DNA of 64,000 bases, from NCBI GenBank assembly GCA_965645245.1, contig OZ287081.1, positions 806,001-870,000 of the forward strand, written 5' to 3'. The notes under the pieces are model-generated. The model had not been told where the DNA came from and made no database searches. It saw nothing but the letters and a program-made list of their open reading frames with translations. Shown in pieces: positions 50,682 to 63,561 of the stretch. Made by a program: the position numbers and the translations under genes. The DNA is from Massalongia carnosa (taxonomy: Eukaryota). The first letter of the stretch is position 1, and each line of letters begins with the position of its first letter.

Positions 50682-52859
50682 ATGTCGTCTGACCGCGTAG
50701 ATTGTTATTGCAGGAAGTGCAATCTTTTTATCTGCTCCTACCAGAATGCATGGCTGCAAATATCAAATACCCACTCTACATATGAGGTTTCCAGCCTATA
50801 TTCGCAAAACGGCCTCAAAGCTATCGGGGAGGTTCGCCACGGGGCAATGGACTCGGGTCTAGAGGGATGCTCGCTTCAGTCATTACGTTGTGATGTCTGC
50901 AACACAGTTTTGGGGCTGAAATGCATCCGGGCTCCGGAAGGAAAGGAATTTTACAAGTACGTTTAGGTCTCATGTTCCCGTTCAATCTTTCACTCTTTTT
51001 GTGGTTTATTCCTCGTACTTTGAAAGGGGCAGTGTTATCTTCAATAGAGATGACAGCTACTACCACCACTGATTTTTATAACGCCACGGAAGCGATAAGA
51101 CCTTCTACTCTGTTTTAATTCTCAAGTACTTGTAGTTCTATTTGAGGACTAATCATTGAGAAATTACAGAGGCCGCAGCGTCCTCAAGCTTGCAAAAATG
51201 GCCCTGATCTCTCCAGCTACCCAAAAGTCCGTGGAAGCCATCTATACGCGAAGAGCAGAATTTCCTTTACCTGCCGGAGAATCCTCGATTACTAAAACGC
51301 TTCCCAATCGCAAAGCTACTCTTAAATCTTCATCAGCTAGTATCGCATCCAGCGACCCCAGGCATGTTGAGCCAGCGCCTACAGGAATCATGCCCTTCGA
51401 GAAGGAGGAAAGGAATGACATTAATCGGCTATATACCATGTTAGATGACCTCCAAGACGAGGTGACTTCGATGAGAAAGGTCCTTGATATTAGTACAAGG
51501 CCTGAGCCATCTAGCGGAGACCCAAATTTAAGAGCCACCGTGGAATTTGAAGAGGAGCTTGATCTTCTTGCAGACACGGTATCGCAGATCAATGATCGAG
51601 TCGACGAGATTGATACACTTAAGTTGGAGGTAAGTGTCTTGAAGCGGCGTCTACAACATTTAGAGGAAGATAGCATATCTACACAATCTACTCATACTAT
51701 TACTGGTCTGACGCAAGACGCTGCGCAACCTTTGAAAGTCGCCAAACCAAATGGCTCGGGGGCGCGCCAGCCAAGTCCGGTTGGGCACACTGCGGCCCTT
51801 GTTCCTGAACTGTCTAATGCGCCGGAACTACCAAAGACTGAAACGGCCCAAGAATCATCTACTAGGACAGCGGATACTGTCCCAAGCCCATGTATCGCTA
51901 ACAGTATGGAAAGGGTGAGAGAGTCTTCGGTAGGACGGGAGGATGAATACGCCTCGCAAGCTGTTCCCTCCAAGGCGCGATCTGGGATCTCATTGAAAAC
52001 ACTGAATACATCTGCTGATAAGCAAGAACCCCAGCAGAAGACTGCAACGAAAGCAAACCAAAGCCGTACAGTCATTTCGTTGCGCCTTACCTCATCTAAA
52101 ATGCCCGCCTTGCCCAGCATAAACACGTCGTCCTCCAGCTCCCGAATTTCTTCCCTCTCCGTCGACAGTCCAACGTTTCCCAAAACCCCTCCTACCGCAA
52201 ATCTGAGGTGTCAACCTCAATCGGCAACGTCCCTGAACAGCCATAAAATCATCCCTGGATCTGACCCTGAGGACGAGGACTATGATCCCCGCTCCCTCCC
52301 CAAGCCTAGAGCCGCACAGTCTCGGGGTATTCCTCGAACCCGCGGCTCTAGCCGTCGCCGTCGCAGTGCTCCAGGCATACCACTTTCGCTTCCCGAGTGG
52401 GAGCAACACGGCTGGCCTGGCGCTGCTTCGAAAGATCTTGCATCCGCAGGTCCGATGAGTGCCCGCGGGAGAGGACTTTTACGAAGAGGTATCGGTGGCA
52501 GGGCACCGGGCAGAGCCCCAGAGCCAAGACCTCACCGCTCACCCGCTGGCCTGGAGCAGGAGGCGCCACGCTCGGGCGAGGAAAGCTCCGATGCCGAGGG
52601 CTTGTCACGCCACCGCCGGGTCGACGAGCATGGCAACCGGTTACGGGCGAACGGCTTGCCGGACAAACGTTTCTTAAAACGCAACCGCGACGACGAGGGG
52701 ATCCTGCTAACGTCCAAAGGCACCCCTGACGGCCGCAGCGTGAAGCGCCCGAGGGACGAACATGGGTTTTTGATTCGCGCAAACGGGCAGAGGGATGGCC
52801 GGTCGGCGATTAGGGGGAGGAGGAGGGGGGGAGGGGAGGGCCGGGCGCGTGAACGCTAG
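50682..52859 (+). CDS. Hypothetical protein with an N-terminal Yippee/Mis18-like Zn-binding domain, coiled coil, disordered region and C-terminal repeats (intron 50957-51168)
   Basis: Paired CxxC motifs (CRKC..LEGC..LRCDVCNTVLGLKC), then the heptad region LLADTVSQINDRVDEIDTLKLEVSVLKRRLQHLEE. Confidence 0.7.
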
Positions 52860-52874
52860 GGTTGGGGAAGGGGA

Positions 52875-52875
<1 letters not shown>

Positions 52876-52904
<29 letters not shown>
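52876..52904 (+). repeat. (TG)n microsatellite
   Basis: About 14 perfect TG units just 3' of the stop codon. Confidence 0.95.
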
Positions 52905-52906
<2 letters not shown>

Positions 52907-53413
52907 TGTGTATGCCTGTGTATTTGGTACGAACGGTGGATAGGAGGCGGGACATTGGGAGGACGAGGCTGGTATGAGTGGGGGAGGGTGGTTTTTTTTT
53001 TTGATTTGTTTTATTTTATCATACTTACCTTTCCAATGGGCTACATATCATCCGCAACTAATTACGTACCGACGGCCATAACAGAACCCGGCCAGACGGG
53101 ATGGATGGTCATTCAACTCTTTTCCTCTCATGTCACTGGCTGGCTTGATTACCTATTGGGGGGGGGGGGGGGGGGTTTGGCTTGTTGGAGCGAATGGATT
53201 TAATCAAAGAGAAAAACTTAATCATGCTTGCGAGCCAAGTTCTTGTTATTGGTGTTGGTGTTGTTTTTTTGGGGGGTGGAAGAAGAGGAGTTCTGGTCGC
53301 GGTGTCTGGATATATGCCTAGCTTGGTACAATGTGCAGCCACGGAGGGAGCGCTAAAATTTCGCAGCTCTTGACAGGAGAGAAACCTACTTAAGTGAAAA
53401 AAATCAATCAGTC

Positions 53414-54902
53414 TCACCCAGTCCTCCTCACTTCCAAAATCACCCTCCCGACCCCTCCCCGGCTCTCCCACACCACATCCGCTACCCCGCCCCTCGCGCT
53501 GACAGCTGCTAGAAACTCCTGCACGCCGCCCCCAACGCCGAAATAAACCCTTTTCGCCGCGACCAAAGCCGTCGCCCTGCCGCCGCTTGCTTCTGCCGCT
53601 TCAAGGAGGCCGAAGAGCGTGGATGTGAAGCGTTGCAGGGAGGTGGGGGAATAGATGGTCTCGCTCGCTAATATGAGTGTTTCGGGCCGACTGTGGGTGG
53701 TTGGGTCGTGAAAAAAGGAAGGAGGGAGGAATGAAGCCGCCTGAGAGCTGATAAGGTTGGTGAACTCAGGGCCCCAAGCACCGGAGATGGCGGCGATGTG
53801 GATATTGCGGCGGGAAATGTCGGCTGAAAAACTGGATAGCGTGGACGGCGAAAGTTCTAGGTCGGACGAGCTCCTAGGTGCTGTCGGAGAAGGAGAAATT
53901 TTCGAGCAGATCCGGTGTAGGCTGTGGGTGAGTAGGAGGTTGGGGATCGTAGAGAGGTAAAGCACAGAGACGTTGTAATCCGCTAGCGTAAGATGTATCG
54001 GGGAGAGGACGCTGTCTGATGTAGAGCGAATAAGGAGGAGCTGCAGAAGCGTTGAGGTTGGCATAGCAGTGCCAGCGCCTAGCTACGAATGGGGATAAGT
54101 GTGTTAGTTTGTTCCACGCTCCTTTACCGGAGGGAATTGAGTTCGAACGCGAGGCCACTGATGAGAAAATGTACGGAACCAAGATCACCTACTTCAACGA
54201 CATGCAACCCTCCTGCCCCAAGCTTTGCCTGCACCCCTTCCCATCGCGCTGCAAGATACTCTGCCAAATCAACAGCGCATTCCCAAGTCTTAAACCCACC
54301 CTCGTATACGCCGGGCGTGATATCGCCATCTGCTGAAAGTCTGGTCATTGCAGCAGATGGGGACTCCTCATTGTCCCCAGCAAAGCAATCTTCTGCCATG
54401 AGCTGTGCGCGGATATCAAACAGCTCGCGGCGTGGGAGACGAATGGTATTTGCTCCATTTCCGGAATTAATATCAAGGGTGCTATAGGAAATGATGGAGG
54501 GAAGAGATAAGAGCTACTGTGAGGGAAGTGTTAGAGAGAGGAGACATGGCTGATAGTGATTCACGCAACGAGATAAGCCAGAAGGAGAAGACACCGATGA
54601 CTTCAATTTGATCCTCCTGACCAGCTCAATAAACCACTCCATCACCCACAAACACCCCCAAAAAATGTCGCAGAAAGAGCTACGGAAAAAAAACCCATAT
54701 TTCAAATGCCGTTCTCTTGTTTTAATCATCAGAGAAGAAACGTCAATCATACCATTTCTTGCAAAGAATGCAATCGAGGCTCCTGAGGCTCGGGTCCTGC
54801 TCCATGCCCTTGAGAGTCTGTGCAAACATCGAAGTTCGCATCGAAATTCGCATCGATATCGATATCATCGTCGTGGAAATCGAAGGTGAAGGATGAAGAC
54901 AT
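53414..54902 (-). CDS. HPM1: Histidine protein methyltransferase (Hpm1/METTL18-like), about 3 exons
   Basis: MSSSFTFDFHDDDID, RLPRRELFDIRAQLMAED, GVYEGGFKTWECAVDLA, VVELGAGTAMP, LADYNVSVL, LILASETIYSP and AAKRVYFGVGGG. Confidence 0.87.
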
Positions 54903-56565
54903 CTTGACTAGACGGGATTGAACGATGTTTGTTCTCATGTCGTCTACTCGTAGAAGTGCTCGGTTTCTTTGGTACAAGGTAACTACGCTAACCCAAAGAA
55001 GAAGAAAACCGAGCACTTCTGGGCTCATTCAGAAGGTTATAGAGTAACGTAACGTTAGCTGAGATAGCGTTAGATTACACATGGTAATTACTGGTTGCAA
55101 AGTTCAGCAAACATTTGATTAATACTTCTATCTTGCCTCAGTACCTCAGACGTGTTGTGGCACAGCCTTCGCCTGCACTAACCTCTTTCGGTTAGCTCGG
55201 CGCTAACTTATTTAGCCTATGTGCCTAACCCTTTAAAGTTAGGCTTTGCTTGCTAAGTTCGCTGGCCGCCCGAAGCATGCGTAGTAAGCTAAATAGAATC
55301 TTATCCTAAAACAGTTAAACTTTTAACTAAATGGACTTAGCTTCTGACTAATTATATACTAATCTGAAAAGGCTTAGCTGTGGCGAGGGCAAGGCAGGTC
55401 TGAGGTACTGAGGCAACTTCTATCAGTCAATGCAACTAATCTTTGCTGGGCACGATTGAGAGTTTGAATTTGTATGCCAAAGAGTGGTGGTAGCGTTAAC
55501 AGCTTGAAAGCAGAAAGGAAGCAAACCCGAATCAAACTTGAACTATAGCCATTTGCGGTCATCCCGCTCCAGACGTCTATTTGGTTGCCGTAGCGTACTT
55601 TCATTTTCCTACCAAGAGTACGCTATTAACCAGGCACGAGCAAAGCCTAAGGTATTTGAATCTTGATGCCACCATAAGTGAAGTAAGCCTCAATTAAATA
55701 TAGAAAGTCCATCTAATCGCGGAGCCCGAAAGCGGAAGGGAGGCGGAGTTTTCAGAATTTAGACAGTATAAAAAATAGACCGGCAGTAGGCTTTTAAACG
55801 CCCCAGCAGCAATGCTGGGTTGTAGATTGCAAGGATACTCAAGCGTTCCGACATGTTTGGCTGAATTTTGGAGCGCCTCAGGTAAGTATTAGTCTTGATA
55901 TTCAAGGGGATCTCTGAAGCATCAAAGGAAGACCAGTAGGACTGGGAGTGATCATGAGCAGTATTCTCGGCGGCTTCTATAGCAGGTAATTCAGCCGACT
56001 CTGCTCTATAGCCAGCCTGAGGGTAGTTAATGGGTGCCAGTCCGATATGACGTCGATTTCAACCGTAGATAAGGCATATATTCACAAAAGATGGAATTGA
56101 AACATGTACTATTCTTCAGCAATCCCGACGGTCTAGCCATACATTTTGGAGACTAAGACGAATATGTATAAGGGACCAAAACACGACACGAGAGAAATGA
56201 GAAGTTGCAGTCAATGAGATTCAACTAGTATACTTGATATCGTTGCCGCCGCCCGCAACTACTACTTCGAATTTTGCTTCCAAAGTATTGGTCGAATAGG
56301 CTGTGTTTCTGAAGTGGCTTTCTTGCTCCGTGCGATTAACTATGAAGACAAAAGCCGAGCACTGAGAAATGAGAAGCCTTTATGTTGGTGATGGAAAAAG
56401 AGGAGTGACAAGGGCTTGATTTTGTTTACATTGTGTAATAAGATGCCACCTAGTGCAAAAGTCAGCCAAAGCAAACTTGATCAATCTTAAGAGTGTAGTG
56501 GACAATCAACGTTTAAATTATGTGCAACGGCTTTTCTCGAAGATGACCAATCCAATGATCATGCA

Positions 56566-57451
56566 TCACCACCACTGCGTGGGGCCAAGTGCGGACTGCA
56601 TCATTGATGCCTTTTACTATAAGTACAGGTTTAGTACATATACCATGGTGGCTTACAGTGATGCTGTAAGGGCTTTTACGCTCCACCGTAGATAGATGCT
56701 GTCGCTCCGAGGGAGAGAGAGGAGAGGCATCGTGCCAGCTCTCTTGTTCTACACGAACGCGTACCCATTCGTGTTTATCGTAAAAATACTCCTGGCCTTC
56801 GTTGGGCCATACCCAGCACTGCTCCTGAACATTAAAGAAGCTACCAGGAAACATGAGATGCGGAGGAACGATGATGTCGTCAAAGAAGTCGAGGCCAACT
56901 GCGGTCACAGTTTAGAATTCCCATTGCCTAATCCAAGTGGTCGTTTGAGGACCCACTTTTCATGCCAAACTCCGTGGCGCTGCTAATTCGTCCTAGAATG
57001 ATCTCTCCTTTGAACGGTCGAAATACAATGATTCGGAACTCAACTGTGAGTTATCGGTCAAACGAACTTCAAATCCGAGAGTCATGGCATTGCCCTTAGA
57101 AAGGGGGTTTCTGACCATTGACGTTAACAATACCAGTGCCATGACCAATAAGACCATCGGATGCTTTAAGAATATCATAGACAACAATGCAGAGCCCGAT
57201 CTTTTGAATTACCTAGCCACTGCATAAGCCTGCTGTTGGCTGACCGATGAAGTCAACACACCCTATTAGCATATTTCGCGTTGATATTATCCTCAATGCT
57301 TTCTGCACTAGGTTTTTGGAAATCCTCTGGCGAAATCTGAACTAGATCGGAGATGGTAGTCTAAATGACTCAGCTCAAGCCTGTAGGTCAAGATTGGAGG
57401 AAGATTTCTACTATTGTGGGAGAGGTTTAGCAAACATACCAGAATAAACAT
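56566..57451 (-). CDS. RPC25: RNA polymerase III subunit C25 (Rpc8), multi-exon
   Basis: MFIL, IEDNINAKYANR, IGLCIVVYDILKASDGLIGHGTG, FRPFKGEI, LDFFDDIIVP, VRVRVEQESWHD and GLGPTQWW. Confidence 0.9.
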
Positions 57452-57669
57452 TGAAATCTCATTGAGTTTTGCGGACATCAAAGATTTCAAAGTTTCTTGA
57501 ACCTTTGCTAGCGACTTATCTTATCTTATCTTACCTGTTCTTATTTAGTTTAACCGTACAGAAGTTTCTCTTCGTCTATTGTAAATGGCGAATAATACAG
57601 TGGATGAAAGCTTGAATGTGGGAGCCCTATAGTTACTAGTATTTATTACGTCAAGAGTCTTTCATGACG

Positions 57670-59770
57670 CTACTTTATCGTGACCGTTTCGTTCCTACAG
57701 CCTTCGAAATACTTTTCCATAGCCTCTTGGGACTCAAACTCCATCAATCCAAGCCGTATATACTCTTGGCCAGGTTGACGTTCAAGTAACAACGCACAAA
57801 TGTCAGTAATCAGAAGGCAGCATGCCGGACGCAGTACCTTGTTCACACCTTCCTGATCACGTCCCATGTAGAAGGTCACTGGTTCAACGGTATTTGGCTT
57901 GCCAGACTCATCATCGCACTCAAAGTACACGGTTTCTTCTGCCACATCCACCTTGGCAAGCGCTTCAACATCGCCTTCTGGTCCGGTGACCTGCTCGGCA
58001 CCATCCCAATCGATTTCTTTCATTAGACCACTAATTCTAATGGTACCGCTCTTGACTTTACCATACGGTGCCAAATCAGAGATCGGTAAGACCTCACACT
58101 TGAGAATCCTAGTACTTTTTGCCATTTCACTATCGATGATCTGCCCGTCAGGAAGCCAGAACGTCTCGCCATTGAGGGCGGCCCATGACCACGTCGGAGC
58201 GCGATATTCTGGAGGTCTGCAAATCCTGGGTTCTCCCACCTGCCAGGCTAGACCCTTTTGCAGCTGGGACTTCCACAACCCAGCGCAAAATGTGTCACCC
58301 AGAGCTTGCTGGAATTTGGTAGCTATGCCCGAGAGCGCAGGCAGTTTATCCGTGTGCTCCGTAAGCTTCCGCCCTGCATATTCTTCCACTATCTCAACCC
58401 AGTTACCCCAAAGTAGACTATCGTTAGTCTCTTTGCCCAAGCCTACACTAGTACCCATGATTCCTGATACCAACCGCTCTACGCCTCTCTTGTCAAAGCG
58501 GTTTATATCACCTCCATCACAATACTGCGCACTTTGGCAATGCCAGAACATCTGCCGCGAACCATAAGTGAGTACACGTGGGGAGAGGAGCCGCTCCTGT
58601 AGAGCCCATGCACGCTTGTTGAGAGGTTCTGTAGTAGGATAGTAGAGTCTAGATTCCTTCAAAAAAATACTACCCATAACGCCATCTAGACAAGGAAAAA
58701 TGATTTGTGAGATCATGACAGGGGCCAACCATGGATCCGGATTGGAGCGAACTTCTAGGAATCCGTCGCCACAGGCTCGGGCACTAGCAGCACAAATGGT
58801 TACATGGGCATTTTGATAGATCGAACTCATCTTGGCAATCTCCAGATCTTTGTCCACTGAAGAATCCTGGAAAATGCAAAGTGCGTCAATCCAGATAAAG
58901 CGTAGACCAAGCATTCGGGTGGATTTAATGGCATCTTGAATGGTCCGAGGTAATGTGGAAATTTCAATGCCTTGAGCCATACTCTTTGCAGTGCTCATAG
59001 TTAGCATCACTGGTTGTGGTCCGCCCCAACAGTAGCTCAGCGCTGCGTAGCGATCCTGAAGTCCATGGGAAACATATAGTCTGGGAGACTTAGAACTGTC
59101 CTTGTAGCCAACCTCAATTACGCGTGTTGGTAAAGTGGCCACGTCTTGATTTGGACAGCCAGTATGCAAACGTAAACAGTCATCGATCCATTGGTTAGCT
59201 AGCTCATAGCTGGTAGGCGACGCCACAGTTGGGTTAATTGGTCTTGTGCTCACATATGCTGCAGCAGGATCCTCTTATATGAAGTCACTCACAGGTAGAA
59301 CATAAATGATTTCTGTGATGCGTACCGAAGTAGAAAACTCGAAGAAACTTACCAGAAATTGCATACACTTCGAATTCAACGTCAAAGTTATATCTATTCG
59401 CAGCTGACCAAGCAGCAACTCGAACTGACTCTATATCATGTTGGGTTCCTCCAGGACGGAGCGTCGCCTGTACGTTCCATATCAACATCCTATCGAGTTT
59501 TGTTAAGACACTATCAGGCTGAGATTTTGGCGTCGTTGTCTCCAAGACTCGAAACGCTTCCACTTCTTGAAAGTTTCCACGATTAGCCATCTCAAGAAAG
59601 GCCACGCAAATGGAGCACTTTTGATCAACAGAGGATCGAAAGTTGCCTATACTTCTAGACAACGTAATCCCATCCTCTGACAATATTCCATCAAGGGTGG
59701 AGCAATCAGAAATCATGTTCCTGCAGAACTCGCATGTAAAAGCTGGCCGAGCAATATCTAGACTCTCCAT
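57670..59770 (-). CDS. HET-domain (heterokaryon incompatibility family) protein (intron 59352-59274)
   Basis: LPTRVIEV, YAALSYCWG, LPRTIQDAI, FIWIDALCIFQD, MSSIYQNAHVTICA, RAWALQERLLSPR, DKLPALSGIA and YRAPTWSWAA. Confidence 0.92.
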
Positions 59771-60153
59771 CCTCTTGGCATCCTCTATTCAACAAATATC
59801 GGAGTAAAGCGTTGTTCAGGTCCATCTTTTCATTTTCAGAAGGGCCAGCTCAAAAGCTAGTTAAGACTGTGGCTGGCCTTTGCAACATGCATAGCACACT
59901 TTATCCCTGATTTCTTGCATGCGCAATCCTAGCAGGTATGAAGTCATTATGGGAAATCCGGAAGCAGAAGGGGGCGGCGTATGTAAGCAAGGGAGACGCC
60001 GATTGCGCTTAACTAGCGATTTGTAGATTCCAAGGCTTCAGCCGCGCCTTCACACAGATTGATTGGGTGTCGCTGTCATTCTCTGCTCTGCCCTTTCATG
60101 ATCTCGATGTTATATTCAACTCGCCCAAGACAAAGAGATGTTGCGTTCGAAGC

Positions 60154-62748
60154 ATGGATACTCATCGATTTGTCTTTCCGCCTCCACCTCCTCCACCTCC
60201 GCTAGCAAGTCCGAACTACGCAAACCCCAACAATCGAGTGAACGGGCATAATTATGGCCACAATAACAGAGGGAACAGAGGGAGTCGTGGGTCTCGAGGA
60301 CGAGGAAACGATAATTTAAGGCGAGGGCCAAGAGGTGGAAATCCCGGAGCTTCCAGTGATAGCCGTTACGCTCCCAGTAATGACAATCATTTTCCACCTC
60401 GAGATGGATTTCAACCTCACTCGAACAGTTCTAGTAGCGGCTATCCCTTACCCGAATATCCCCCTGTTCAGCATCCTCAATACCCAGGGAGCGCTGTTAA
60501 TAACTATAGTCATTCAATCGCAGCATACCCTACCACCCCAGCTGCCCCATTCCCGCCCAACACCCATTACCACGATAACTCCCAGAGAAATGCCCAATTC
60601 TACAATGGACAGCCACAGAGCCTACCCTACGCATACAACCAACCCAATCAAAACTCATCGTACTATCCCAACGAGCGTCAACATTATGCACCCAGATCTG
60701 AGAATGCGAGTCATCCCGTGGTTATGGGTCCTCCGATACGTATTGGGTTCGATCATGGCTATCCTGGAGGGCAACAGCAAGTGCAATCTCAGACTCAAAC
60801 ATTTCAACAGCACATGCCAAGCCGATCAACTCAGTTCCCACAGGATATACGTCCCCAGATGATGGCATCATTTCTTCCAAATTCACCAATTGTTGTCAGT
60901 TCAACTCGCCATGACTCTCCCAACCAGTTTTCAGATCACCGCAGTCGCGGGCAGAGGCGACACCACGATGGACCTAGGGGTTCCCAATCATTCAAGGCAA
61001 AACCTCAAGCAGCACCAGCCGTTCCGAGCTTCGGGAATCCGCTTCCTGTCAAGCCACCGGCTCCCCAGGAGCACGGGCGGAAGCCTAAGAAGAAGAAGCG
61101 ACGGCACAACCAGCTTGGGCTAACCCCCAAAACACAAGAGCATGAATCTAGCGAAGAAGACGAAAACGATGCAGATGAGGAAGCTAAGCTGGCTGTTGTT
61201 ACCGGTCTCCCTAGCTCGAAGTGTGAACAGTAAGATTTTCAAGTCTGCTAGATGAGTGATTAGTAGCTGATTTTGATCGTAAGGTTACAATTCACTTATC
61301 GAGGTCAGACCTCAACCTTGCAAACTTCATCCGACATTGCAGCATGGATTGCAGAACGCAAGAAGCGCTTTCCAACAGCAGCAAGGATCAAGGAGCGCGA
61401 AGAAATGCAACGTCAAGCACGCGAAACGCAACAAGCCGCAAGGCAGACAGCGAAAGAGCTTAAAGTGAAGCAAGCAATGGGGGCCCAGGAGAACCAGAAA
61501 GTAGATTTCAAGGAAAGAAAGCGCGTAGAGCCTAGCGGGTCTGCAAGTAGATCGAGCAAAAAGGACAAAAAACGGGAGAGCAAAGAAGCGCGAAAAGAAA
61601 CCGCTTCCGAGTCCCTTGATGCAGCTGCGAAGGCCAAATTAAAGGTGGAGAAACTTCGAAAACGGCTGGAGAAGGAGGAGAGACGGGCTGCTAAGGCGGA
61701 AGCGAAAGCGTCAAGAATAGCAGTAGAAGAGACTACAGAGAAGAAGGACCATTCAGCTCTGGAAGGATCTCCCATCGTCAAGAAGAGAAAACGGTCAGAC
61801 AGCGCTGCAAGCGTCGAGTCGATAAGAACCGTTGAAACTCAGAAGATTAAGCTTGAGGTTGAGCCTCCGCAAGAGCCTCTAACAGCGGTGGGACCACAAT
61901 CGCGCTTCCTCCCAATCAAGAACGAAGAGGCTAAAGCACAAGATGGACAATCTGAGTTGATCGTTGTAGAGGAAAAGTCTCTTGCAGCATCGACTACGGT
62001 ACCTAACCCATTGACGCCAACCTCACAACCTTCCACATCAGCAGAGGATGAACTTGAAGTAGGAGGTAATCCCGTTGATCCTTCAGCCTCACATTTAGAG
62101 AACCCATCCAACGCCGCCCTGCTAAGCGATCCGCCGCCCGCTAATGTTATCGACATTCAAGAAACATTTTACTCGTCCAATATATCGGTGTCATCGCTAT
62201 CTGCCTCCTCCATGTCGTTTTCCACGGATCCTGAAGACGATTCCACCTCGTCCGAAGGCTCATCCTCATCCTCATCCTCATCCTCTTCCTCCTCCACCCC
62301 CGAGTCTCGCTCAACCCAACATGCTCAGCCGGATGCAGCCCCTTCACTCAATCTCCGAAAAACTAGAACTATATGCCGTAATTTTCTTCATAACGGCCGC
62401 TGCCCGAAAGGGAATCGGTGCCGTTTTCGACACGAGCTTCCGGAAAGGGGAAGCCGTGCTGAGAAGAAGAGACCGGCAAAACGCGAGGGAAAGAGGCAGA
62501 GGATCGGTTTGTTTCAGAGAGTGAGTGTTTCAAGGCTTGGCCCCCTTTCGTATCGTACGAGTGTTGCCGAAGGCTAACCGTCCGCGTAGCTTATGGAGCA
62601 GGAGAAGCAGAAGGAGGAGGAGGAGGAGGAGGAGGCAACGCAGATGGAACAGCAAGGTCCCGAAATGGTCTCAGCGACCATGCCACTGGCTGAACATGGC
62701 GCTCTGGTGGAGACGGTTAAGGAGGGAAAGGATGATACCCCAGCATGA
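60154..62748 (+). CDS. Rsa1/NUFIP1-domain protein with a C-terminal CCCH zinc finger (box C/D snoRNP assembly factor-like), 3 exons
   Basis: IAAWIAERKKRFPT, RRHNQLGLTP and CRNFLHNGRCPKGNRCRFRH. Confidence 0.8.
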
Positions 62749-63054
62749 CGGATTGATGGCGATGGTGGCTACCTATGCTCGTGGACCTCGGTGGCAGCCT
62801 AGACTCCACAATGGCACTTCACGATTGCTTCATATACGGTTCATCTAACAGGATATACCTAGATGCTTTACATAGAACAGCGAGACAACATGGGGTGTAT
62901 GGCTAGGGGGGGAGTTTCCCACGAGGTATTAGTCGCTTTACCGAAACATTCCTATACTTTTCTCGCAGCACACGAGGTGGTCGTTGCTGCAAGACAGGTT
63001 TTATTTTTATAAACAATTGAGGTAACCTTTCGTTGCATGCGGACATTGAGCGTG

Positions 63055-63173
63055 ATTGCGCCATCGTTTGGGGATCCGGGTATTGGATCCTGATTCGATC
63101 ACGTGGATGTAATTTACAGCGAGTACGGCGTAGTTATGGCGTCATGTAACAGATCCCTGTACGATGACGCCAC
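63055..63173. promoter_or_regulatory. Cluster of candidate sulfur-regulator sites upstream of cystathionine gamma-lyase
   Basis: ATGGCGTCAT (63136-63145) is an exact match to the CYS-3/MetR consensus ATGRYRYCAT. One-mismatch sites are ATTGCGCCAT (63055) and ATGACGCCAC (63164). TCACGTG lies at 63099-63105. Confidence 0.6.
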
Positions 63174-63561
63174 ACATAAAGAGCATCTTAGTAAGCTTCA
63201 GATACTCCCCGTTGCGATGGATTTGGAATCAACTTGCGCCTTCAACTTCGATATAAATTCCCTTGTTCTTCCTTTTGTTCTTCACATGCTGCAATTCTTC
63301 ACATGTTACGGATTTGATCATAATAGCATTATATCGTGCTAGAATGACGAAATAAATACTTTCAAAAGAACTCGTTCATTTTCTCATCCTTTCTTCGTCC
63401 TCTCTTTGTCCTATCTCTCTGCATCAGTTCTAGCTTGCTTATATTTGCTTGACAGAACTATTAATTAGTCTATTGGCCAGGGTTGGCCCCAAAAGTACCC
63501 AACTAAGCTTATGCATTCAACTCTGCCTCTTAGAATTCACGAAATAAACCACCAGCCAGTC

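Noticed and set aside
55000..56500. Possible RIP-degraded repeat or hidden gene
   Set aside because: There is a TA-rich patch and ATG-less frames, but no terminal repeats or recognisable protein motifs.
9356..57451. Two RNA polymerase stalk subunit genes (RPB4, RPC25) in one window
   Set aside because: They are about 46 kb apart with many unrelated genes between; most likely chance.
57899..58567. Long antisense ORFs (also 48218-48859 and 51242-52183)
   Set aside because: They lie opposite well-supported genes and have no independent motifs.
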